The notes below the pieces were generated by a model that had not been told where the DNA came from, searched no databases, and worked only from the letters and a program-made list of their open reading frames with translations. Below, one piece after another: positions 28,034 to 39,400 of a stretch of DNA of 63,213 nucleotides (positions are counted from its first letter, which is position 1; every line of letters starts with the position of its first letter). The position numbers and the translations under genes were made by a program. The DNA is from Bacteroidales bacterium (GTDB lineage Bacteria; Bacteroidota; Bacteroidia; Bacteroidales; DTU049). Location of the stretch: assembly GCA_035390965.1 (NCBI GenBank), contig DAOPKE010000002.1:26629-89841 (forward strand), in the 5' to 3' direction.

Positions 28034-28756
28034 CTATTTCAGAAAAAAGTTCAAAGAAACGATCAACCCCATATTGGTCAGGTCAAAAGTCATTTGCTGC
28101 TTTGTGTAGGTGTTGGCAAAGCCGGCATTAATTTCATTGTTGTATCCGGCAATATTTACATTCCAGAATGGCAGCGTGTAATACGGAATCAGATCGAAAC
28201 TGAAACCGTCTTCCTTTCCGAATGAGAGCATGAAACGTACACTTCCGGACAGAAAAAATTTATCGACTGCCTGCAAATATTTATCGTAGGGGCCATTTCC
28301 GATTTTATATTTTACGAAGAACTGATCCATGTTGAAACTGAATCCGGGACCAGCTCTGAAGCCCTCACCATGAATCAGATTCAGATTGTAGAAAAAGCTG
28401 AAACCATCATGCGAAATTTTTACTTTTCTAAAATATTCAGCGTCGAGTGAATCCAAACCGCTTCCTTTGCTTTTGAAGCGATGCAGATGCAAGTCGAATC
28501 CGTAAGAGCTCCAACCATTGTTTACTTTGCAACCAAGTATAATTCCTCTTGAAAAACCAGGAGACCCAAGAGAATTGTCGGGAGCGAATAACGGCTCTGA
28601 ATAATGGTTATTGAAATCGGACACAATCAGATCAATCGGAGCAGTATTCTCATATTGCTCAAAGCTGTATCCGAAGGTGAACAAAGCGGTCTGACCATGA
28701 GAACCGATGCCGGCGAAGAATAACAGGGACAATAAAAAAGCTGTTCTTTTCTTCAT
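28034..28756 (-). CDS. Hypothetical outer-membrane beta-barrel-like protein
   Basis: 240 aa. Signal peptide MKKRTAFLLSLLFFAGIGSHGQ, an alternating aromatic/Gly-rich beta pattern and a C-terminal ...LNFFLK. Confidence 0.65.
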   Translation of the reverse strand: MKKRTAFLLSLLFFAGIGSHGQTALFTFGYSFEQYENTAPIDLIVSDFNNHYSEPLFAPDNSLGSPGFSRGIILGCKVNNGWSSYGFDLHLHRFKSKGSGLDSLDAEYFRKVKISHDGFSFFYNLNLIHGEGFRAGPGFSFNMDQFFVKYKIGNGPYDKYLQAVDKFFLSGSVRFMLSFGKEDGFSFDLIPYYTLPFWNVNIAGYNNEINAGFANTYTKQQMTFDLTNMGLIVSLNFFLK

Positions 28757-28770
28757 GTTTTCAAATATTA

Positions 28771-29235
28771 TCAGAACACCATTTCCGGCGCAATTTCTTC
28801 CGTTTTACGGTTGGAATGCATTACCCGATAACGCACATAATATTCAAACTGACCTCCACCAACAATGATATCGGTAATCACCACATCGCTGCTGTCGAAT
28901 TTCAGTTTAACGATATCGCCGATTTTATGTGGAATCACAATGCGTGAAGAGTCGCGCGTATATCCGGCTTCGACAAGCCCGCGATATTTTATAAGATGAT
29001 TGGCAATTGTACTCAGACTGTCAATGGTTCTGTTTGCCATTGTCAACCGGGTAATTTCCTGCTGATATTTCAATTGCATGTCGGCCATGGCTTTCTGGTG
29101 GCGCTGATTGGCAGTCATGTTGAAATAAATGAGCACGCCAATCAATCCTATCATTAAAATAATTCCAATGATTAGCCATATTTTAGAGCTGCCTGTATTT
29201 TCTTCTTGTGGAATTTTTGAATCTGTACTTTCCAT
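28771..29235 (-). CDS. Hypothetical single-pass membrane protein with a coiled coil and a small C-terminal beta domain
   Basis: 154 aa with a TM segment IWLIIGIILMIGLIGVLIYF. It is co-oriented with, and 14 nt upstream of, the beta-barrel gene. Confidence 0.6.
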   Translation of the reverse strand: MESTDSKIPQEENTGSSKIWLIIGIILMIGLIGVLIYFNMTANQRHQKAMADMQLKYQQEITRLTMANRTIDSLSTIANHLIKYRGLVEAGYTRDSSRIVIPHKIGDIVKLKFDSSDVVITDIIVGGGQFEYYVRYRVMHSNRKTEEIAPEMVF

Positions 29236-29745
29236 AAATATTATTATTTGAACAAATATATAAATATTTTCCGTTTCAAATTCTTATTTGAAAATCATGA
29301 TTTTCTAATGAGTTTCTACAGGTTTTTGTTTGTAGTACTTCGCAACGCTTGATGGCAAACTGCAAAAACAAAGTCGGTCAGAGTTACCGGTCAAAGTTTT
29401 GAATCATGAACAAAGAACAAGGAAACTCGAAGTGGGAATTAAGTATGATGTAAATTTCCTTAATCATTCTCACTTCCTTGCCTGCCTGGCGTCAGACAGG
29501 TTCGTTGTTCAGAGTTCGTGGGGTGCCGGGATCTCGTCAAAAACCTACACAGCCCATGCTTAGACATCGACCACGTGAAACGTGGCCAGAGAAGAGATCC
29601 CGGGACAAGCCCGGGAATTCAGCGGTGATTTCCGGGCTGTCAGCAAGAAATACTCATTCGCGTGATATCTGTCTTTGATTTAATTAAAAATCGTTTTTGA
29701 TAATAATTAATTTTAATTGCACAAAAAACTTGCATCCAAATTTAT

Positions 29746-29753
29746 TACCTTTA
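29746..29753 (+). promoter_or_regulatory. Candidate Bacteroidota -7 promoter box (TACCTTTA, 7 of 8 matches to TAnnTTTG) for pgk
   Basis: The box is 20 nt upstream of the ATG at 29773, with a TTG at about 29730 (cTTGcatcc) at roughly -33 spacing. Confidence 0.3.
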
Positions 29754-29772
29754 CAAATCAATTAAAAAAAAC

Positions 29773-31068
29773 ATGAACAGTTTCAATAATCTCCCATTGC
29801 TGCAGCAAGCCGACCTGAAGGGAAAAGTGGTACTGGTACGCGTTGACCACAACGTTGTAAAAAAAGGGCTGATTCACGATCCGTATCGCATTGATGCGAC
29901 TCTCGGAACCCTGTATTATATTGTATCACGCGGCGGCAAACTGATTCTCATGACACATGTCGGACGTCCGAAAGACAAAAAGGCAGGCACCATTAACATC
30001 GGCCCGGAGAGCTCGGTTGAACCCATCGTGCAGTATTTCGAAAACAAGCTGCATGTGAAATTTGCCATTCCGGAATTTTTACCCGATGGTGATAAAGGTT
30101 ACCGCGGAATTGAAACATCGGTGAATCATCTGATTCGCGATTTGCGCGAAGACCGCATCGACGGAATCTATCTGCCCAACACACGCTGGTTTTCGGGCGA
30201 AGAAGCCAAAGGAGAAGATGCCGATCGCTTTGCCTATCAACTCGCCGGACTCGCCGACATTTTTGTCAACGATGCATTCGGATCGTGGCAGCCACACGCC
30301 TCCACAGTTGGTATCACCAAATATCTGCCGTCGTACGCCGGATTTTTACTGCAAAAGGAAATGCAGAATCTCGACCGCATTTTTGCACCACAAAAGCCAT
30401 TTGTGGCTGTGGTAGCGGGCTCCAAGTTCGACACTAAAATCGACAGTTTGTTTACCTTGCTCGAAAAATCGGATTATCTGGTTTTAGGCGGCGTGATTTA
30501 CAATGCCTATCTCTGCGCCAAGTACGGTTTTGAAATCAAAGGGCTCGAAGCCGATGATATCAAACACGCAAATCGTTTTGCAGAATTTGCAGCTAAACAT
30601 CCGGGAAAACTGGTAGAGCTGCCTTTCATTGTGGAGTCTGATACACTCGAAGGCCGCAAGGAAGGCCAGTTTCGCACGCACGATATTCGCGCGCTGAAAC
30701 AAGGAACAAAGCTCAATTATGTACTCGATGTTGCGCGTGAATCATTCAGCGAACAAAGTGTTCTGGACATTTTTCATGGCGCTCACACTATTTTTGTCAA
30801 CGCTGTAATGGGCTTCACTCCACATTTTAACGAAGGCACTATTGCGTTGGATGAGTTGATTGATAAAAATATAGATGCCGTAAAACTCTATGGCGGCGGC
30901 GACACCATGCAGGAACTGAAACGATTGCTGCCCGGACTTTATATCATGGCAATTGACAATCCGAAATACTATATTTTTACAGGAGGCGGCGCAGTGTTGA
31001 AAGCCATTGAACAAGGCACGGCATTTGGGCTGGAACCGGTGAAAGCCTTGATGAGCGGTGAACGGTGA
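29773..31068 (+). CDS. pgk: Phosphoglycerate kinase, divergent type
   Basis: 431 aa and collinear with PGK, but the hallmark motifs are altered: VRVDHNVV (usually DFNVP), THVGRP (SHLGRP), DAFGSWQPHAS (DAFGxAHR), AGSKFDTKI (GGAKVSDKI), GGGDT and FTGGGAVL. Confidence 0.8.
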   Translation: MNSFNNLPLLQQADLKGKVVLVRVDHNVVKKGLIHDPYRIDATLGTLYYIVSRGGKLILMTHVGRPKDKKAGTINIGPESSVEPIVQYFENKLHVKFAIPEFLPDGDKGYRGIETSVNHLIRDLREDRIDGIYLPNTRWFSGEEAKGEDADRFAYQLAGLADIFVNDAFGSWQPHASTVGITKYLPSYAGFLLQKEMQNLDRIFAPQKPFVAVVAGSKFDTKIDSLFTLLEKSDYLVLGGVIYNAYLCAKYGFEIKGLEADDIKHANRFAEFAAKHPGKLVELPFIVESDTLEGRKEGQFRTHDIRALKQGTKLNYVLDVARESFSEQSVLDIFHGAHTIFVNAVMGFTPHFNEGTIALDELIDKNIDAVKLYGGGDTMQELKRLLPGLYIMAIDNPKYYIFTGGGAVLKAIEQGTAFGLEPVKALMSGER

Positions 31069-31178
31069 GCGGCGAACGGTGAGCGGTTATTGGTTAATGG
31101 TTCTTGGTGAGTTATAAGCTATGAGTTATAAGTGATGAGTTATGCATGAAATTTTGCAACAATTGTTACGCGTAACGA
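31051..31178. repeat. Composite word array in the opposite genomic orientation: a GGTGARCG block, a GAGTTAT block, then GTTACGCGTAAC
   Basis: The reverse complement has the same block order as 12566-12795. The GGTGARCG block overlaps the last codons and the TGA stop of pgk (atgagcggtgaacggTGAgcgg). Confidence 0.88.
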
Positions 31179-31222
31179 AATAATGTCGAAATGTAAAAAA
31201 GTGTTTCTGATTAAAATTTCAA

Positions 31223-32089
31223 TTGAAAAAAATGCTGTTGAAAAAGTTGACGGGTTTTGTGTTGGTTTTGTTCATGCTGGTTTCATGCGGAATGGCGCAG
31301 AAACAGGGCGTTGAAACATTTTCTATTAAAATCGATTCGTTGTATGATGACAACAATCAGCTGAATGCTGCAGGGAATGCGCTGGTTGAAAAAATTGCCG
31401 CGAAAATGAATTCGTTTTTCAGCAGTTGTCTGAATATTAATCATAGTTGTATCCATGAATCTGACACCATTTGCTATCAGAAGTTAAAGACATTTGTAAA
31501 CGCTATAATTGTGAAGGTTCCTGCTGGCCAGTTTTTTGGTCCTGTATCAGAACCCGCTCATATGAGTTGTGAAGACTGCTTTGAATTAATAATAAGCGAA
31601 TGTCCGGAGATAAGCTATGATGGAAATTCGCCAATTATCATTATCAGGGACGACGAAGATACTACTTATAGTCCGCCAGTAATAATTAAAGAATCCGAAG
31701 ATACCGTTGGAATAAAAATCCTTGACGTGCTTTCAAAAAACAGAAAAATCGCCCGCCTTTACAAAGATACAGTGATGGTGAAAAACAATCCTTATCGCAT
31801 TGTGTATTTCATTGATACAACTGAGGTTCACGGAATAAATAAAAATTATTCCGGAGACAACTTTTGCGTTATCACTCAGGAAAAGGATTTACCGATATAT
31901 AATCGTTATCAGGTGTTTCATGTATCCTATTTCAGACACGGAAACTATTTTGCAGATGTATCTTTACTGAACAGAGTCCGGAAAAAGATAATCGCTGTTG
32001 ATTGCGAGCTGAAAGGCGACGGGGCAGACAATTGGAAAGTTCACCGTATAAAAATTAAAAAAAGAAATATTTATAAAATTAAAAGATGA
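31223..32089 (+). CDS. Hypothetical lipoprotein
   Basis: 288 aa (TTG at 31223 or ATG at 31232). A lipobox is present (LFMLVSC). The sequence is AT-rich with a lysine-rich C-terminus, and I recognise no domain. Confidence 0.6.
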   Translation: MKKMLLKKLTGFVLVLFMLVSCGMAQKQGVETFSIKIDSLYDDNNQLNAAGNALVEKIAAKMNSFFSSCLNINHSCIHESDTICYQKLKTFVNAIIVKVPAGQFFGPVSEPAHMSCEDCFELIISECPEISYDGNSPIIIIRDDEDTTYSPPVIIKESEDTVGIKILDVLSKNRKIARLYKDTVMVKNNPYRIVYFIDTTEVHGINKNYSGDNFCVITQEKDLPIYNRYQVFHVSYFRHGNYFADVSLLNRVRKKIIAVDCELKGDGADNWKVHRIKIKKRNIYKIKR

Positions 32090-32108
32090 AATCCTGAAAC
32101 GAACAATG

Positions 32109-33101
32109 CTACACTCTCATTCTATTTTTAATCATCGCCAAAAGATTCTGAAAAAATTTATTCCTCTGTTTTTCAGCCATACCACTCAGCTGCGTCGATT
32201 TACGGATGAGGCCGGTGAGCCAGTCGCGTGTGGCAGCACAGAAATCTTCGTCGGCAGTTTCAAGTGTATTGAATGTTGAGTGGCGCAGAAAAACTTTTTT
32301 ATTTTTCCCAATCGAAGTATAAATACAATTGTTGCCGATTTCGATATCGCAGCGATAAAATGTATAATTTTTGTCGCCCGCATGATCTTTTCGCTTGGTC
32401 CCGGGCTCAGTCATGCTGCGGATTTCGGACATTAGTGATAATAAATCTGCATATAATTTCTGCGTTGTTTCGCTGTCTTTAAAAAAGCCACTTTCCGAAT
32501 AAAAATCGATTTGTTTGAGAATGCTGTTCAATGTCTGTTCACTCCATATCTCGGTTGAAGGCACTATGCGATACGATTCAAGGATTTCATTGCCGATGCT
32601 CATCAATTCTTCAGGTGCTACTTCATCCTCGAAAAAGCTATTCTGATATTCCGGAACATTCATCACCGAGCGCATCCAGTAATAGCATTTAAACCAGGCC
32701 AGCTGCGGAAAAGCGAATAAGATAAAAAAAGGAATATCGGCGGCCACATACATGATTTCACGTTCTTTGGCATTTTTTAAAATCATCATTTCATCGCGGA
32801 TACGACAAAGATATTGTTGAAAAAGCTCAATGGAATCGACCGGCCATTGATATTGAAAATAAGCAGAACCACGATGCGACTCACAAAAGCCATCGAACGA
32901 AATATGAAAATGGTTACAAAGTTTCACCATTTCACTGAGCGAAAATTCAGTTTCTCCGCGCAATCGGCGATAGACACTATCGTTACTGAGCGACAAAGCT
33001 GTTCCAACCTCAGCAACAAGTTGCACCCCGGAAGGCACAATATTCCGAAGCAATCTGATAAAATTTTCCTGCACTGAAAACTGATCACTCATACGATACA
33101 A
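32109..33101 (-). CDS. Helix-turn-helix transcriptional regulator (BetR/XRE-like N-terminal HTH plus a large uncharacterised C-terminal domain)
   Basis: 330 aa (alternative ATG at 33092). The N-terminal LSLSNDSVYRRLRGETEFSLSEMVKLCNHFHISFD is an HTH pattern. The gene is divergent from the giant T9SS gene. Confidence 0.7.
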   Translation of the reverse strand: MYRMSDQFSVQENFIRLLRNIVPSGVQLVAEVGTALSLSNDSVYRRLRGETEFSLSEMVKLCNHFHISFDGFCESHRGSAYFQYQWPVDSIELFQQYLCRIRDEMMILKNAKEREIMYVAADIPFFILFAFPQLAWFKCYYWMRSVMNVPEYQNSFFEDEVAPEELMSIGNEILESYRIVPSTEIWSEQTLNSILKQIDFYSESGFFKDSETTQKLYADLLSLMSEIRSMTEPGTKRKDHAGDKNYTFYRCDIEIGNNCIYTSIGKNKKVFLRHSTFNTLETADEDFCAATRDWLTGLIRKSTQLSGMAEKQRNKFFQNLLAMIKNRMRV

Positions 33102-33489
33102 TATTTTTCACATGCAAATATGCATTTTAAAGATGAGAAATACATATGAAAATCAAAAAAAACAAAATATCCTAAAAAACATTAAAAAAACGCCACCAAC
33201 TGAAAAATCACAAATAGTAGCCATATACATATTTTTTACACATATTCAGCTGATATTTATAGTTTAAATAAAATATTTAAAACAATTTGCTCTTTCATTT
33301 GTTTCAAGTCTAAAATTAAAGAATAATTGCTTTAAAACAAAAATCATAAGATTTTATGCCGATTGAAAACAAAACATATTTACCAATACACTATACGTTA
33401 AAAATTTCCCAAGCAAGATAATTTAAAAATCAAATGCAACTATATAATGTATTAAGTTGTATTATTGTTGATTAAATAAATTAAACCCC

Positions 33490-36400
33490 ATGAGAAACAT
33501 TTACGCATTATTAATTTTTGTTGTTTTTCTTGCCTTCAGTTCCCATACTGAAGCTCAGACGCTGAAAGAAAACACCCAACAATTACAGACCGAACAGACC
33601 TCAAATGTAATTTATCCGGTACGTGCCTGGGTAACAAAACCTCTGCGTGAACTGACACAAGAGAATCCCTGGCGCGAGCCCGATTTCACAACAATCCCAT
33701 GGGTATCACCCGACCGGAAAAACAGGCCGCGTCAGACTTTTATTTATTCAGCTGCCGATGGTCCCGAATATGGCAATGACTCTTCAATCATTCAAACAAA
33801 AATGGGAACCCGCGATGCGACACAATCGACAAAAGCACTTATTAAAAACTGGGCGGGAATTCAAAGTTCATCATATCCACCAGATCCCACAGGAGCGGTA
33901 GGACCCAACCATTATATCCAAAGCGTCAATGCAACTACTGTTCGCATTTTTGATAAAAACGGAAACACATTGGAAAGCTTTCTCATGGGGACTATTTTCG
34001 GAGAAACATCCAATGCCGGTGACCCGATTATCATGTACGACCGATTTGCCGATCGCTGGTTTGTAAGCCAGTTTGGAGACAATAATGAAATATTTATTGC
34101 CATTTCACAAACAGCAGATCCGACCGGATCCTACTATGCTTACGAATATGTTTCACCACAGTTTCCTGATTACCTGAAATTTTCCATATGGCACGATGGC
34201 TATTACATGACATCGAACCAAAGCACTGATAAAGTCTATGTTTTTGAGCGCGACTTAATGCTAACCGGAAACTCCGGAGCCAGAGCCATTTATCAGACAT
34301 TTACCACCGGTTCAGTATCGGCCTTTTTTGTTCCGCTGCCAGCCGATGCAGCCGACAATCATACATTACCAGCTGCCGGCACACCACTGCCTTTCTTTGC
34401 TTATTACGATAACGCCTGGGGTGGGGGTACCGATGGAATAAAAATCTGGACTGCCACCACCAATTGGTCAGCGGGCACTCTAACCATTTCGACCACACCT
34501 ACACAGGTAAACACAAGTGCATTTGATGCCTCATACGATTCCAACTGGGACGATGTTCCCCAACCAAACGGCGTTGAACTTGACGGAATCGGGGGCGTAC
34601 TGATGTACCGGGCTCCGTGGCGTTCATGGAGTGGCTATAACAATGTTATTTTAACATGGGGAGTAAAAATTTCAGAATCACCAAGGCAGCGAGCCATCAT
34701 GTGGTGTGAACTTCGCCAGATTTCAGGCACATGGAGTGTTTATCAGCAGGGCATCTATGCACCCGACACGCATACCCGCTGGATGAGCAGCGCCACCATG
34801 GATGATAACGGCAGTATTGGATTATGCTATGCCAAATCTTCCACCACCATTTATCCGGGTTTATATTACACCGGACGTCTTGCAAGCGATCCGCTAGGCA
34901 CCATGACGTTAACCGAAACCCAGGTTGTGGCCGGAACCGGTTCGCAATCCACATACAACCGGTTCGGAGATTATTCACAGACATCGCTTGATCCGGATGG
35001 AGTTACATTCTGGCATACCGGAGAATATGTAACCACGACCTCCGGGCAGGAAACCCGGGTATATTCTTTCCAGATTCCTGCCGGTCCGCTCGCACCAGTA
35101 GCCAATTTCACAGCTGATGCAACCGCGCCGTTTTGTTCAGGGACGGTTCAATTTACCGACATGTCGTCCAACGCTCCGACATCCTGGTTATGGAATTTCG
35201 GTGACGGACAGACATCGACACAACAAAACCCCTCTCACACTTATACAGCAAGTGGCACCTATACTGTTACACTTACATCCACCAATACATTGGGCAATGA
35301 TTCGGAAGTAAAGACCAGTTACATTACCATTGACATTCCGGCTACAGCATCGGCCACAAATGCAGAACGCTGTGGAACAGGTACAGTAACACTGTCTGCA
35401 TCGGGAACAAACACCCTGAACTGGTATGATGCAGCAAGCGGCGGAAATTTACTCGGCACTGGAACCAGTTTTACCACTCCCAGTATCAGCACAACAACAA
35501 CTTATTACGTTGAGAACAATATTCCTTCAGCTCCTGCAAATGTTGGACCCGCAGTCGGAGGTGCTTCACGCAACATTGCAGCCATTTTGTATTTCGACGT
35601 GTACCAACCGATGACTTTAATTTCAGTACAAGCCAGAGCACAAACAACAGGCGTAAAAACAATCACATTGCTCGATAATACCGGAGCCACCGTTTACACG
35701 GCCAATGTAACCGTAAATAACTCAGTAACGACCATTACATTGAATTGGGTTATTCAGCCAGGTAGCGGATATCAGTTACTGACTCTGGAAAATTCAGCAT
35801 TATACCGTATAAGTTCAGGTGTATCCTATCCTTACACTGCACCAGGGTTGTGTAGTATTACCGGATGCGATATTGGCAGTGCTTATTATTATTCATGGTT
35901 TAACTGGAATGTCCAGGGATTAGGATGCGGAAGCACCCGTGTTCCGGCTGTTGCAACAATCAATCCAACCGTAACTCCCTCAGTAGCCGTTACACCTTCA
36001 GCAACAAATATCTGCTCGGGTACAGGTGTTACATTTACCGCAACGCCAAGCAATGGCGGAACACCTTCGTACCAATGGAAGGTGAATGGCAACAATGTTG
36101 GCAGCAACAGCCCAACCTTCACATCCAGTGCATTATCTGACGGAGATGTAATTACATGTACCATGACTTCAACTGAATCATGTGCATCACCTGCTACAGC
36201 AACTTCGTCCGGTATAACCATGACTGTAAATCCTGTTGTTACTCCTGCTGTTTCGATTGCTGCCTCTGCTTCAACCATCTGCGATGGAAACAGTGTTACT
36301 TTCACAGCAACACCAAGCAATGGCGGAACGCCTACTTATCAGTGGAAACTCAATGGAAACAATGTGGGAACAGGTGGAACAACCTATACCAATTCAGGAC

Positions 36401-39400
36401 TCAATGACGGCGATATCGTATCCTGTGTCATGACATCAACAGAAGTATGTGCTACCACAGGCACTGCCAATTCCAATCCGGTTACAATGGTTGTCAACCC
36501 CAATGTAATCCCGTCTGTAGCTGTTTCAGAATCTCAAAACAATATCTGTGATGGCACCAATGTTACATTTACCGCTTCGCCAAGCAATGGCGGTACACCG
36601 GCTTATCAGTGGTATCTCAACAGCAATCCTGTCGGATCAAACAGCGCAACCTACAGCAATGCAGCTCTCAATGACGGCGACGAAATCACTTGTGTTATGA
36701 CATCGACAGCAGCATGCGCTTCCCCTTCGTCTGTTTCTTCCACCCCTGTAACCATGACAGTGAATTCCGCTGTAACACCATCTGTTTCAGTAAATGCATC
36801 TTCTACAAGCATCTGCGATGGAACCAATGTTACATTTACAGCTTCGCCTGTTAACGGCGGTACTCCGACTTATCAGTGGTTACTCAACGGAAACAATGTT
36901 GGCTCTGGCGGCACAACCTATTCAAATGCATCCTTAAATGATGGAGATGTTATTACTTGTATCATGACATCCACTGAAACCTGTGCTACACCAACATCAG
37001 TAACTTCATTACCTGTTTCCATGAGTGTAAGCGCTCCGGTAACTCCTTCTGTAGCTGTTTCTGCTTCGGAAACGAATATCTGCTCAGGCACCAGTGTTAC
37101 TTTCAACGCAACACCAACAAACGGCGGAACACCAACCTATCAATGGCAAGTCAATGGCAGTAATGTCGGAACCGGAGCCAGTTATACCAATGCTTCACTG
37201 AACGATGGAGATGAAATCACCTGCATCATGACTTCGACAGCCGCCTGTGCAACCCCTGAAACAGTTACATCGGCGCCGGTAAACATGACCGTCAACACAA
37301 CGCTTACACCTTCGGTTATGGTATCTGCATCGGCAACAACCATTTGTTCCGGTTCCAGTGTAACCTTCTCTGCAACGCCCACCAATGGCGGAACACCGTC
37401 CTACCAGTGGTATCTGAACGGATCGCCAACAGGAATAAACAGTGCAACCTATTCCAACAACGCATTAAATGATGGAGACGTCATTACCTGTGAAATGACC
37501 TCTTCAGAAATCTGTGCCTCTCCTGTCCTTGTTGTTTCATCACCAGTAACTATAACTGTCAGCTCAAGCGTTACTCCATCGGTTTCAGTCAACGCTTCAT
37601 CAACGAATATCTGCTCAGGGACTGCCGTTACTTTTACGGCAACGCCCACCAATGGCGGAACACCGGCCTACCAATGGTACCTCAACGGATCGCCAACAGG
37701 AATAAACAGTGCAACTTACAACAATGCAGCGCTCAATAACGGCGACGAAATCATCTGCGTGATGACATCGACAGAATCATGCGCCTCGCCAACTTTTGCT
37801 ACTTCAGCACCAGTTACAATGACCGTGAGCAGCACATTAACCCCGGCCGTTTCGGTTGCTGCATCAGCCACCAGCATTTGTTCAGGGAACAATGTTACTT
37901 TTACCGCAAATCCCGTGAATGGCGGAACACCAGCATATCAGTGGTATCTGAACGGATCGCCGGTAGGAGGAAACAGTGCAACTTACAATGATGCAGCACT
38001 CAATGATGGCGACGAAATCACCTGTGTCATGACTTCGACAGAATTATGCGCCTCGCCGGCTACAGCCACTTCAGCACCGGTTATAATAACGGTAAACAGC
38101 ACACTGACTTCTGCCGTTTCGGTTGCTGCATCCGCCACCAGCATCTGTTCAGGAACCGATGTTGCATTTACCGCAAATCCTGTTAATGGCGGAACACCGA
38201 CATATCAGTGGTACCTCAACGGATCGCCGGTAGGAGGAAACAGTGCAACTTACAATAATTCAGGACTCAATAACGGCGACGAAATCACCTGTGTTATGAC
38301 TTCGACAGAAACATGTGCTTCACCAACTACGGCAACATCTGCTCCGGTCACCATGATTGTCAATACAAGTGTAACACCCTCTGTCGCAATCAATGCATCA
38401 GCAAACAATATCTGCTCCGGAACCAGTGTTACATTTACTGCAACACCCACCAATGGCGGAACACCGGTTTATCAGTGGTATCTCAACAGCAATCCTGTCG
38501 GATCAAGCAGCGCAACCTACAGCAATGCATCGCTTGCTGATGGCGATGTTGTCAGTTGCATGATAACTTCATCCGAAACATGTGCAACTCCTTCCACAGC
38601 AACCTCAGCACCTGTAGTCATGACGGTAAATGCCAATGTAACACCATCGGTTTCCATAACCCCTTCAGCAACCAATATCTGCTCGGGCAGCGAAATCACA
38701 TTTACAGCAAATCCGGTAAATGGAGGAACTCCTTCATATCAATGGCTACTCAACGGATCCGTTACAGGAACGAATAGTCCAGTGTATTCCAGTTCGACAT
38801 TAAACAACGGCGACATTGTTACCTGCACCATGACATCGACAGAAACGTGTGCAGACCCGGTTACAGCAGTTTCCTCTCAGGTAGCAATCACGGTAAGCAC
38901 ATCGGTAACGCCATCGGTTGCCATCAATGCCTCGGCAACCAGTATTTGTGAAGGCACCTCGGTACTGTTTACGGCAACACCGGTTAATGGCGGAACGCCA
39001 GCATATCAATGGAAAATAAACGGCAACAACGTTGGCGGCAATAGTGCAACATTCAATAGCACATCACTCAACAACGGCGATGTAATTACCTGCGAAATGA
39101 CTTCAACGGAAACCTGCGCCAATCCTGCGTCAGTTACATCGGGAAGCATCACCATGACCGTTGTGCCATCAGTAACACCGCTTGTTTCTATTGCTGCATC
39201 AACCAATGATATCTGTTATGGAACACCGGTTACATTTACAGCAACTCCAACCAATGGCGGAACGCCAACGTATCAATGGATATTGAATGGAGCCAATGTT
39301 GGCAGCAACAGCCCGAATTACAGCAGCTCGATGTTGCAAAACGGCGATATTATTTCCTGCATCATGATATCAAATGTCAGTTGTGCAACAGCCACTACAG

